Source: an uncultured Candidatus Saccharibacteria bacterium
Lineage (GTDB): Bacteria > Patescibacteriota > Minisyncoccia > UBA6257 > GWB1-50-10
Direction of reading: 5' to 3'
DNA: 50,826 nucleotides
Assembly: GCA_964639325.1 (NCBI GenBank)
Contig: CAZXDO010000006.1
Coordinates: 1 to 50,826, forward strand
The stretch's first letter is position 1; the number at the start of each line of letters is the position of its first letter. The notes under the pieces are model-generated. The model searched no databases, had not been told where the DNA came from, and saw nothing but the letters and a program-made list of their open reading frames with translations. Shown piece after piece: positions 43,318 to 50,692 of the stretch. A program made the position numbers and the translations under genes.

Positions 43318-44619
43318 GTGAAATTATTTTTTATAAAAATTCTAAAAAAAATATTAAGAGGCTTAGCTAAAGCAACTCTTTCCCGTTATAAACCCAAAAT
43401 AGTTGGGGTCACGGGCAATGTTGGTAAAACATCAACTAAAATAGCCATTGAAGCTGTTCTTTCTCAAAAATTTAGAGTAAGGTCATCGGCTAAAAATTTT
43501 AATAATGAACTTGGTCTTCCTCTTTCTATATTAGGAAATTGGAAAAAAACAGGAAATTGGTTTTTTTGGCTTAAGGTTGTTATTTATGGTTTTTTTAGAA
43601 TTATTTTCAAAAATTCTTCATATCCGGAAATACTTGTTCTTGAGTATGGTGTAGATAAGCCCGGAGATATGAAATATCTTCTTAATATTGCCCGACCGCA
43701 AATAGGAGTAGTTACTGCGGTTGGAGAAATTCCGGTCCACGTTGAATTTTTTACCGGTAAAGAGCAACTTGCTAGAGAAAAAGCAATTTTAATAAATCAA
43801 CTTCCGGCTACCGGTTTTGTTTCTTTAAACGCTGATGATATTACTGTTTATGAAATGAAAAATCAAACCAGAGCCCAAATCATCACTTTCGGTTTTAGTG
43901 AAGAAGCCGATATTAAAATTACTTCTTTTGAAACTCTTTTTAATAAAAACTTAATCGGAGTTACTTTTAAATTAGGTTATGGAGGAAGTTTTATTCCTGT
44001 TCGTATTGAAAATGTTTTTGGAATATCTCAAGCTTATGCCGCTGCTTCAGCTGCTTCAATAGGCTTAATATTTGGAGTTAATCTTGTAAATATATCTGAG
44101 GCTCTTTCAAATTATTCTTCGCCATCAGGAAGGATGAAAATTATTCCCGGCATTAAAGAAAGTTATATTATTGATGATACTTATAACGCCGCTCCTTTAG
44201 CTACAGAAAATGCTCTTGAAACCTTAAAAGGGTTAGAGGCAAAGAGAAAAATAGCAGTCTTGGGTGACATGCTTGAAATTGGTAAATATACAATTGAAGC
44301 TCATACAAAAATAGGAAAGATTTCTGCAAAAACAGTTGATATTCTTATTACCGTTGGTATGCGGGGGAAAATAATTGCTGAATCGGCTCGTAAGGCCGGA
44401 ATACCAAAGAATAAGATTTATCATTTTAACAAGATTCAAGAAGCAGGTCTTTTTCTTCAAGATGAAATAAAAAAGGATGACGTTGTTCTTGTTAAAGCAT
44501 CTCAGGCAGCCCGTTTTGAGAAAATAGTAAAAGAAATTATGAATAACCCCGACGAAGCAAAAAATATTCTTGTTAGACAAAACAAGGAATGGTTAGAAAG
44601 AAAAGGAAGTTATGAATAA
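43318..44619 (+). CDS. murF: UDP-N-acetylmuramoyl-tripeptide--D-alanyl-D-alanine ligase
   Basis: GTG start. GVTGNVGKTSTK P-loop, DDTYNAAPLATENALETL, and VLGDMLEIGKYTIEAHTKIG typical of MurF. Confidence 0.8.
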   Translation: MKLFFIKILKKILRGLAKATLSRYKPKIVGVTGNVGKTSTKIAIEAVLSQKFRVRSSAKNFNNELGLPLSILGNWKKTGNWFFWLKVVIYGFFRIIFKNSSYPEILVLEYGVDKPGDMKYLLNIARPQIGVVTAVGEIPVHVEFFTGKEQLAREKAILINQLPATGFVSLNADDITVYEMKNQTRAQIITFGFSEEADIKITSFETLFNKNLIGVTFKLGYGGSFIPVRIENVFGISQAYAAASAASIGLIFGVNLVNISEALSNYSSPSGRMKIIPGIKESYIIDDTYNAAPLATENALETLKGLEAKRKIAVLGDMLEIGKYTIEAHTKIGKISAKTVDILITVGMRGKIIAESARKAGIPKNKIYHFNKIQEAGLFLQDEIKKDDVVLVKASQAARFEKIVKEIMNNPDEAKNILVRQNKEWLERKGSYE

Positions 44620-44740
44620 TTTGTGATCCCAACCGGATATTTCACGTCGCTTCGCTCCCTGAAACCCCTCGGTTTCAGTGCTTCCGCCACGGGAAACTTC
44701 CGTTTCCCGACCCCTTCCCCGGTTCAAATCCTGGGTTCAA
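44620..44740 (+). repeat. GC-rich two-hairpin repeat, element A, bounded by a duplicated tRNA-Glu 3' end
   Basis: TTTGTGATCCCAACCGGAT 44620-44638 matches 44776-44794 at 18 of 19 nt. H1 is CTGAAACC 44659-44666 / GGTTTCAG 44671-44678. H2 is CGGGAAAC 44690-44697 / GTTTCCCG 44702-44709. Then CCCGACCCC and GTTCAAATCCTGGG 44722-44735. Confidence 0.8.
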
Positions 44741-44749
44741 AATAAAACA

Positions 44750-44767
44750 ACCCGCCTGACAGCGGGT
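44750..44767. terminator. bidirectional terminator hairpin between murF and tRNA-Glu
   Basis: ACCCGC 44750-44755 pairs with GCGGGT 44762-44767. A T-rich tract follows it on both strands. Confidence 0.55.
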
Positions 44768-44779
44768 AATTTTATTTTG

Positions 44780-44852
44780 TGACCCCAACCGGATTTGAAC
44801 CGGTGTTTCTGCCGTGAGAGGGCAGCGTCCTAAACCACTAGACGATGGGGCC
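44780..44852 (-). tRNA. tRNA-Glu (anticodon CTC), no encoded CCA
   Basis: The reverse complement folds as follows. Acceptor GGCCCCA/TGGGGTC, D arm GTC-TAGTGGTTTAG-GAC, anticodon arm CTGCC-CTCTCAC-GGCAG, T arm ACCGG-TTCAAAT-CCGGT, discriminator A. Confidence 0.9.
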
Positions 44853-44892
44853 CTTAGATATAAATTTATAACGAATTTAATACCAAATCAAA

Positions 44893-44924
44893 TAAAAAAG
44901 TCCCTCTAAACATAAGAGAGACTT
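44893..44924 (-). terminator. intrinsic terminator of the minus-strand membrane-protein gene
   Basis: AAGTCCCTCT 44898-44907 pairs with AGAGAGACTT 44915-44924 (one mismatch). The A-run at 44894-44899 gives the U-tail on the minus strand. Confidence 0.55.
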
Positions 44925-44961
44925 AGAAAGAATAATTTTTATTAAAATCTCTGAAAAACAG

Positions 44962-45492
44962 TTACACTTGAAGCATTTGATCATTGGTCTCTTTTTTGAA
45001 TAACCAACTCCAAATATTTTCCAAAACTCCCCATACAAGAAGTATTATTATAATTCCCGGCAAAACAAGAAAAGTTTGGTAGCGGTGCTCAAAAACAAGA
45101 TCTCCGTAAGGCAACTCTAACCATCTCAATAAAATTGAAACTCCATTAGCAATAACGGGGAGGAAAAAATAAACAACACTAATCCAAAAGGTCGTTCTAA
45201 AACCTCTTGACTTAGAATAACGTTCTCCTCTAGCTGCAAGGTAAAGTATACCAAGAAAGACCAATACAAGTGGTGAAAACATTACGGTAGAAGGCATAAC
45301 GTTAACATCCCATCCGGCTAGGTAAGTATAGGGTACAGCTATAACTAAACCGATTAGTAAATAAACAATAATCAGAATAAATATTGTAATAGTATTTATT
45401 ACTATTTCAAATAAATTCCTTTTTTCCCTTAGCTTCATCCTACCTTTAAGCAATCTTTTAACAAAGCCCTTAATCTTTTCAATCATTTTCAT
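44962..45492 (-). CDS. hypothetical polytopic membrane protein
   Basis: 176-aa ORF with 4-5 hydrophobic helices. Confidence 0.6.
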   Translation of the reverse strand: MKMIEKIKGFVKRLLKGRMKLREKRNLFEIVINTITIFILIIVYLLIGLVIAVPYTYLAGWDVNVMPSTVMFSPLVLVFLGILYLAARGERYSKSRGFRTTFWISVVYFFLPVIANGVSILLRWLELPYGDLVFEHRYQTFLVLPGIIIILLVWGVLENIWSWLFKKETNDQMLQV

Positions 45493-45611
45493 TTTTAATC
45501 TCCTTTCTTTTTAATTTTTAAAAATCTGCTTATATTTTATAACATAATTTGCCTATTGTCAATTTAATTAAAACTTTGCCTTATTAAATTTTATAGGCCA
45601 TAATTAAAACA

Positions 45612-45950
45612 ATGGTAAACATATTCAAAGATAAAATTCTTACAGTTTTTTTAAGTTTTTCCCTAATTTTTCTTTTAGTGGGCTTAGTTTTAATTATTGT
45701 AAATATTGATAATCTTTCTTCGCCCCTCATAGTCCATATAAATTCTTACGTCGGAGTAGATATGATGGGAAATATAAATCATTTATGGAGCTTAGTTTTA
45801 ATGGGTGTCCTTGTGTTTATTATTAATTTTGGCTTAACTAATGTTTTCTTTTATAGAGAAAGAACAATTTCTTATATTATTACCACGGTTAGTTTTATAG
45901 TTTCTCTTTTTGTATTAATGAACATAGCAAATATTATTGCTTTAAATTAA
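45612..45950 (+). CDS. hypothetical small membrane protein
   Basis: 112-aa ORF with three hydrophobic helices. Confidence 0.55.
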   Translation: MVNIFKDKILTVFLSFSLIFLLVGLVLIIVNIDNLSSPLIVHINSYVGVDMMGNINHLWSLVLMGVLVFIINFGLTNVFFYRERTISYIITTVSFIVSLFVLMNIANIIALN

Positions 45951-45953
45951 AAC

Positions 45954-46946
45954 ATGAATGAATTATTAATAATTTTAATATTTTTGGTTATCGCTGGTTT
46001 TGCTGGTGTATTTTGGATGTTTTTCCAAAAGAAGGATAAAGGATCTGATGATAAATCACTAATCATGCTCCAAAACCAAATAAATGAAATAAATAATTCT
46101 ATTCAAGACTCTGTTCAAAAATTAATAAGAGAATCTAGTGAAGTTAAAGAATCAAGTAAACAGGTTTTTGATGTAGCTGATCAGTTAAAGAATTTAGAGC
46201 AAGTTCTTAAAAACCAAAAAAGAAGAGGTAGTTTGGGTGAAGCCGGTTTAGAACTTGTCCTTTCTAATGTCTTGCCACCCGATGCCTATAAAATGCAATA
46301 TTCTTTTAAGGATGGAAGTATTGCTGACGCTGTTATTTTTACCAAAGAAGGTGTTATTCCGGTTGATGCAAAATTTTCTCTCGATAATTATATAAGACTA
46401 GTGAACGAAAAAGATGAAAACGAAAAAGAAAAATTAAATAAAGACTTCGTAAATGATTTAAAAAAAAGAGTTAATGAAACAGCAAAGTATATAAAACCTA
46501 AGGAAGGAACCTTGCCTTTTGCTTTTATGTACATTCCCGCAGAACCCATTTATTACGATTTATTGGTAAATGAAGTAGGTTTAGTTAAAGAAAACACCAG
46601 AAGCATTATTGAATACGCTTATAAAGACAAAAACGTAGTTATAGTTTCTCCAACTACTTTTTCTGCTTATTTGCAATCCGTCTTGTACGGTTTTAGAGCT
46701 TTTAGAATAGAAAAATCAGCCCAGCAAATAAGCAAAAATGTTGAAAATTTAAGACGTCATATAATAAGTTATGAAGAGTACTTAAATAAGTTAGGAGACT
46801 CTTTAGGCACCACTGTAAGCCATTACAATAGGGCCTATAAAGAATTAGGTAAAATAGATAAGGATATATTTAGAATTACCGAAAAATCCGCCGATACAAA
46901 TCCTCAAGAATTAGACAAACCTAAAAAAGAAGATTTCGATAAATAA
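45954..46946 (+). CDS. rmuC: DNA recombination protein RmuC
   Basis: N-terminal TM helix, coiled-coil, then RGSLGEAGLELVLSNVLPP...YSFKDGSIADAVIF...VIPVDAKF...AFMYIPAE. Confidence 0.85.
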   Translation: MNELLIILIFLVIAGFAGVFWMFFQKKDKGSDDKSLIMLQNQINEINNSIQDSVQKLIRESSEVKESSKQVFDVADQLKNLEQVLKNQKRRGSLGEAGLELVLSNVLPPDAYKMQYSFKDGSIADAVIFTKEGVIPVDAKFSLDNYIRLVNEKDENEKEKLNKDFVNDLKKRVNETAKYIKPKEGTLPFAFMYIPAEPIYYDLLVNEVGLVKENTRSIIEYAYKDKNVVIVSPTTFSAYLQSVLYGFRAFRIEKSAQQISKNVENLRRHIISYEEYLNKLGDSLGTTVSHYNRAYKELGKIDKDIFRITEKSADTNPQELDKPKKEDFDK

Positions 46947-46954
46947 TTTAAGCA

Positions 46955-47008
46955 GATAACCAACTTGGGGGTGTCGGGAACCCCCAAGTTGGTGTGGATA
47001 ACTTTTTT
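46955..47008. repeat. GC-hairpin / DnaA-box element, copy 5 (loop inverted)
   Basis: GATAAC, stem CCAACTTGGGGG 46960-46971, loop TGTCGGGAA 46972-46980, stem CCCCCAAGTTGG 46981-46992, TGTGGATAA 46993-47001, then CTTTTTT. Confidence 0.9.
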
Positions 47009-47026
47009 AGATAAATTTTTAAAGGA

Positions 47027-47707
47027 ATGAAAGAAGGTTTTTTAGACGAAAAATGGAAAAAACTTCTAAAGCTATCTAAGAAATTTAGATATGTTCCTTT
47101 TGTTGATTTTGTTTTAGTTTCAGGTTCTATGGCTATGGGAGAAGCAAAAGAAAATTCTGATTTTGATTTTATTGTTGGTTCCCGACAAGGACGTATTTTT
47201 ACCTCCCGCCAATTTACCGCCGGTTTTTTTGAATTAATTAGCAAAAGAAGAAAAAAAGACAGCAACGAGAAAGAAGCAAAAGATAAAGCCTGTTTTAATC
47301 ATTATGTTACTTCTAAAGGATATCGTCTTGATCCTCCGTATAACGAATATTGGATTTCTCTTTATCAAAAATTAGTCCCAGTTTATGGTGATCGTAAACT
47401 AATAGAATCTTTTCTAAGGGCTAATGATTGGGCGGGGGAGATAGAGATTGATTATAAATTATTATCTAATAAAAAAAATAGCTTAATTAAAAAAATCGGT
47501 GAGTTTTTCCTTAAGGGTAGATTAGGAAACTTTCTTGAAAGTAAGTTTAAAGAATACCAAGTTAAAAGAATTGAAAAAAATTTAAAAAAAACCAAAACTT
47601 ACAAACCTTTAATTAAATATGATGACACTGAACTTAGGTTTCATATAGATACTAGAAGAATAGAAGAGTGGATTGAAAATAATAAAAGTCGGGCCGCGGG
47701 GAGTTGA
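47027..47707 (+). CDS. nucleotidyltransferase-domain protein (Pol beta superfamily)
   Basis: LVSGSMAMGEAKENSDFDFIVGS is the GS...DxD minimal nucleotidyltransferase signature. The last 20 nt overlap tRNA-Pro on the opposite strand. Confidence 0.7.
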   Translation: MKEGFLDEKWKKLLKLSKKFRYVPFVDFVLVSGSMAMGEAKENSDFDFIVGSRQGRIFTSRQFTAGFFELISKRRKKDSNEKEAKDKACFNHYVTSKGYRLDPPYNEYWISLYQKLVPVYGDRKLIESFLRANDWAGEIEIDYKLLSNKKNSLIKKIGEFFLKGRLGNFLESKFKEYQVKRIEKNLKKTKTYKPLIKYDDTELRFHIDTRRIEEWIENNKSRAAGS

Positions 47708-47758
47708 ACCCCGGTCACACGCACCCCATGCGTGCATACTGCCGTTGTACTACGGCCC
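47688..47758 (-). tRNA. tRNA-Pro (anticodon GGG), no encoded CCA
   Basis: The reverse complement folds as follows. Acceptor CGGGCCG/CGGCCCG (C1-G72), D arm GTAC-AACGGCA-GTAT, anticodon arm CACGC-ATGGGGT-GCGTG, T arm CGGGG-TTCAACT-CCCCG, discriminator A. Confidence 0.9.
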
Positions 47759-47951
47759 GGAGCGAAGCAGAAATGCAAAAACGTTAGTTTTTGAATTTCT
47801 GATGAGCGATCGAGACGCAAACTTTGTTTACGGCCCGAAGTGAGGGAAAAGTATAAACGAAGTTTATGTTTTTCACGAACGCCCGGAGACGCAAACTTTG
47901 TTTACGGCCCGGAGCGAAGCAGAAATGCAAAAACGTTAGTTTTTGAATTTC
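47750..47951. repeat. direct-repeat block upstream of tRNA-Pro, incorporating the tRNA 5' end
   Basis: An identical 50-mer lies at 47750-47799 and 47902-47951. An identical 26-mer lies at 47811-47836 and 47885-47910. TACGGCCCG (complement of tRNA positions 1-9) occurs three times. Confidence 0.9.
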
Positions 47952-47978
47952 TAATAAAAAACCAGTTTCCATTATAAT

Positions 47979-48506
47979 ATGAAGAAAATTCTAAATCAAA
48001 AATTTTTCAACCGAGATACTCTTAAAGTTGCGGAAGAATTAATTGGAAAATATTTAGTTATAAAAAAAGGAAACATTAATAAATCAACAATGATTATTGA
48101 GGTAGAGGCGTATGATGGACCCAATGACAAAGCTTGTCATGCTTATAAAGGCAAAACAGAAAGAAATAAGGTTATGTTTGGCCCGCCCGGTTATTGGTAT
48201 GTATATTTAGTGTACGGTATGCATTGGATGCTAAATATTGTAACCGGTCCCGAGGGTTATCCGGGAGCAATTTTAATAAGGGGAGTAAAGGATATAGATG
48301 GACCGGGTAAATTAACAAAAAGTATGGGAATAAATAATCGCTTTAATAATAAACCCGCTAAAATAGAAACAGGGCTTTGGATTGAGGATAGGGGGGTAAA
48401 TATAAGAAAAAAAGATATTAAGAAAATACCTAGGATTGGAGTTGATTACGCTAAAGAGTGGGCCGATAAACCATATCGTTTTGTTCTTGATGAAAATAAA
48501 TTATAA
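47979..48506 (+). CDS. mpg: DNA-3-methyladenine glycosylase (MPG/AAG family)
   Basis: FFNRDTLKVAEELIGKYLV...VEAYDGPNDKACHAYKGKTERNKVMFGPPGYWYVYLVYGMHWMLNIVT. Confidence 0.88.
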   Translation: MKKILNQKFFNRDTLKVAEELIGKYLVIKKGNINKSTMIIEVEAYDGPNDKACHAYKGKTERNKVMFGPPGYWYVYLVYGMHWMLNIVTGPEGYPGAILIRGVKDIDGPGKLTKSMGINNRFNNKPAKIETGLWIEDRGVNIRKKDIKKIPRIGVDYAKEWADKPYRFVLDENKL

Positions 48507-48517
48507 TTGTTTAAATT

Positions 48518-49693
48518 ATGTCTATTCATACTCACTCCCACTTATTTCACGTATTTAAAAATAGGGAAATAGATTCTCTTTATTTTATGAACGCTTTGCA
48601 GATTTTTGCTACAAGCTTAGTAAATATATTTATACCAATCTATTTTTTTAAATTAGGTATTCCTATTTGGGCTATTATATTGTTTTATTTTTTATGGTCT
48701 GTTTATTTTATAGTTTTAAGTTATTCTTTACTTCCTCTTGTTCGTTATTTAAGTGACAAGATGATGATATTTTTAGGAATTCCTTTTTTAGTCACCGCCT
48801 TTCTTTTAGTTGACCAAATAAGCGGTTTAGGTTTGCTTTTCTTTATTGCTCCGGTCGCATTTTCTCTTTACGCTGTTTTTTTTAATATCGGCTCAAGTTT
48901 TGATTTTTCTAGATTTGCCGATAAAGAAGAAAGAGAAATAGAGGTTGGCATAGGTAATATGATAATGGAGTTTACTCGTTTTGCTAGTCCCTTTATCGGT
49001 GCCTTGATTATTGTCAATTCAGGATTTCACATAGCTATATTAATTTCTACTATTATTTTAATAATATCTGTTGTTCCTCTTATGTTTTTTTCAAGGAGAA
49101 GAAAAGTTTTTCAAGAAATTAACCACAAGGATATTTTTAAGGTTGTTAAAGAAAAAAGTTTTCAAAATTTTCACAAAGCTATGTTTGGTTATGTTACCGA
49201 AAAAATAAATACTACTACAATCTGGCCTTTATTTATTTTTGTTTCCTTGGGAAGTATTGAAATAGTGGGTGAGTATATTTCTTTAGGACTTCTTTTTGGT
49301 GCCATAGCTGCCTACTTTGCCGGGAAAATTTCTAACAAAGGAAAAACCTCTCTTCTTTTTACATTAACAGGAGTTGGCCAATCCATAATATGGTTTTTTA
49401 AAACATTGATTCAAAGTATCGGAGGAATAATAGGGTTGAATGTTGGCGGCTATATATTTAGAGATGCCGCTGTTTCTTCTATGAACAGCAGATACTATGA
49501 ACTTATTCAAGATAAAAAAGACAAGGGTAAGTATATAATGGCTCAAGAGATTTATTACAATTTTGCAAGAATAATTATTTACCCCTTTTTGATATTATGT
49601 GCCTTTATTTTATCTCTAAACACATTCTTTACCGTTTCCTTTATTATCGCCGGAATTTTATCTTTATTATTTGTATTTGCCGGTAAGAAATAA
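48518..49693 (+). CDS. polytopic membrane protein (transporter-like, about 10-12 helices)
   Basis: 391-aa hydrophobic ORF. MFS-like layout, but no diagnostic motif identified. Confidence 0.6.
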   Translation: MSIHTHSHLFHVFKNREIDSLYFMNALQIFATSLVNIFIPIYFFKLGIPIWAIILFYFLWSVYFIVLSYSLLPLVRYLSDKMMIFLGIPFLVTAFLLVDQISGLGLLFFIAPVAFSLYAVFFNIGSSFDFSRFADKEEREIEVGIGNMIMEFTRFASPFIGALIIVNSGFHIAILISTIILIISVVPLMFFSRRRKVFQEINHKDIFKVVKEKSFQNFHKAMFGYVTEKINTTTIWPLFIFVSLGSIEIVGEYISLGLLFGAIAAYFAGKISNKGKTSLLFTLTGVGQSIIWFFKTLIQSIGGIIGLNVGGYIFRDAAVSSMNSRYYELIQDKKDKGKYIMAQEIYYNFARIIIYPFLILCAFILSLNTFFTVSFIIAGILSLLFVFAGKK

Positions 49694-49763
49694 ATAAAAA
49701 AATAAATAAACATTTTCATGTTTATTTATTTAATTTTCTTGCAAGCAAGAATAAGTTTTATTC

Positions 49764-50045
49764 TTAACTTTTAAATTGTTTATCGTACCCTCTCCAAGAA
49801 TCAGCAACTGTTTTATCTGCATCATCAAGAAATGCTAAGACCTCTTCTCTGATTTGGGAAGAGGATATATCGCCGTCAATATCATCAATTATTTCATTCA
49901 CTTTACTAGAAATTTTTTCGGTTATTTCATTTATTTTTTCAAAATTCAACCCTGCTTCTTCAGCTGCTTTTTGTATTGCTTCTTTTATTTTTTCCGGATC
50001 AAAAGGTTCTTTTCGCCCGTCCTTTTTTATTACATTTTTAACCAT
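49764..50045 (-). CDS. stand-alone ATP-cone domain protein
   Basis: 93 aa. VIKKDGRKEPFDPEKIKEAIQKA...SSSQIREEVLAFL matches the ATP-cone pattern found in NrdR and ribonucleotide reductases. Confidence 0.7.
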   Translation of the reverse strand: MVKNVIKKDGRKEPFDPEKIKEAIQKAAEEAGLNFEKINEITEKISSKVNEIIDDIDGDISSSQIREEVLAFLDDADKTVADSWRGYDKQFKS

Positions 50046-50100
50046 ATTTTTAAATAAATATTACGCCCTTTATTTGTTCTCTTTAATTATATCACACACA

Positions 50101-50134
50101 AAAAAACCACCGGTCTTATTACCGGTGGTTTTTT
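50101..50134. terminator. bidirectional intrinsic terminator downstream of the RRM gene
   Basis: AACCACCGGT 50105-50114 pairs with ACCGGTGGTT 50121-50130, flanked by an A6 run and a T6 run. Confidence 0.7.
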
Positions 50135-50148
50135 GCAGTAATTATTAA

Positions 50149-50403
50149 TTACTCACTTTTTGGTCTGGCTTCATCAACAGTTAAAGTTCTGCCGTTGAAT
50201 TCCTTTTTATTCCATTCTTCAACAGCTTTACTTCCTTCTTCATCAGAAGACATTTCTACAAAACCAAAACCTTTGGAACGTCCAGTCATTTTATCAGTAA
50301 TAATATTAGCTGATTCTACAGTACCGGAGTTAGAAAAAGCTTCTTTAAGCTCATCCTCAGTAGTTTCGTAAGGCAATCCGCCTACAAATAATCTTTTACT
50401 CAC
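50149..50403 (-). CDS. RRM-type RNA-binding protein
   Basis: RNP2 LFVGGL and RNP1 KGFGFVEM. 84 aa. Confidence 0.9.
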   Translation of the reverse strand: MSKRLFVGGLPYETTEDELKEAFSNSGTVESANIITDKMTGRSKGFGFVEMSSDEEGSKAVEEWNKKEFNGRTLTVDEARPKSE

Positions 50404-50536
50404 TATTTTATTGTGATTTATTTTTTGAGTTCTAGCTCGTGCAAGGCGACCTTCGGGTCTTAACCCTTATTTCGAACTTGAGCCGCCTAAAAACGAGACG
50501 GAAAGATTCGAACACACTTTTTCACGAACATCAGGA

Positions 50537-50565
50537 AGTATATTTTATTTATGCCTGTTTGTCAA
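50537..50565 (-). promoter_or_regulatory. candidate promoter of the RRM gene
   Basis: On the minus strand, TTGACA (50565-50560), 17-nt spacer, TATACT (50542-50537). Implies a 5' UTR of about 125 nt. Confidence 0.5.
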
Positions 50566-50621
50566 TATGTTTGTATTTACTATTGCGAAATAAAAAGAAT
50601 ATAGGTAAAGTAATAATTGAT

Positions 50622-50692
50622 TGCCGGGTCGTCTAACGGTAGGACGCCAGGTTTTGGTCCTGGTAACGAGGGTTCGATTCCTTCCCCGGCAG
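50622..50692 (+). tRNA. tRNA-Gln (anticodon TTG), no encoded CCA
   Basis: Acceptor TGCCGGG/CCCGGCA (U1-A72, typical of bacterial tRNA-Gln), D arm GTC-TAACGGTAG-GAC, anticodon arm CCAGG-TTTTGGT-CCTGG, T arm GAGGG-TTCGATT-CCTTC, discriminator G. Confidence 0.9.

Noticed and set aside
44655-44740. Element A, and the equivalent part of element C at 50715-50745, as tRNA genes or pseudogenes because of T-arm-like GGTTCAAATCC / GGTTTGAATCC strings.
   Set aside because: No acceptor-stem partner, D arm or 7-nt anticodon loop can be drawn. The hairpins have 8-bp stems with 4-nt loops. At most these are tRNA-derived fragments.
1430-46992. The repeated 33-nt partially palindromic hairpin as CRISPR repeats.
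   Set aside because: The copies are dispersed 3-12 kb apart in separate intergenic regions, not arrayed with short unique spacers. No cas genes are present.
47784-47972. 62-aa minus-strand ORF upstream of mpg.
   Set aside because: It is composed of the 50-nt and 26-nt direct repeats next to tRNA-Pro, so the reading frame is a by-product of repeat sequence.
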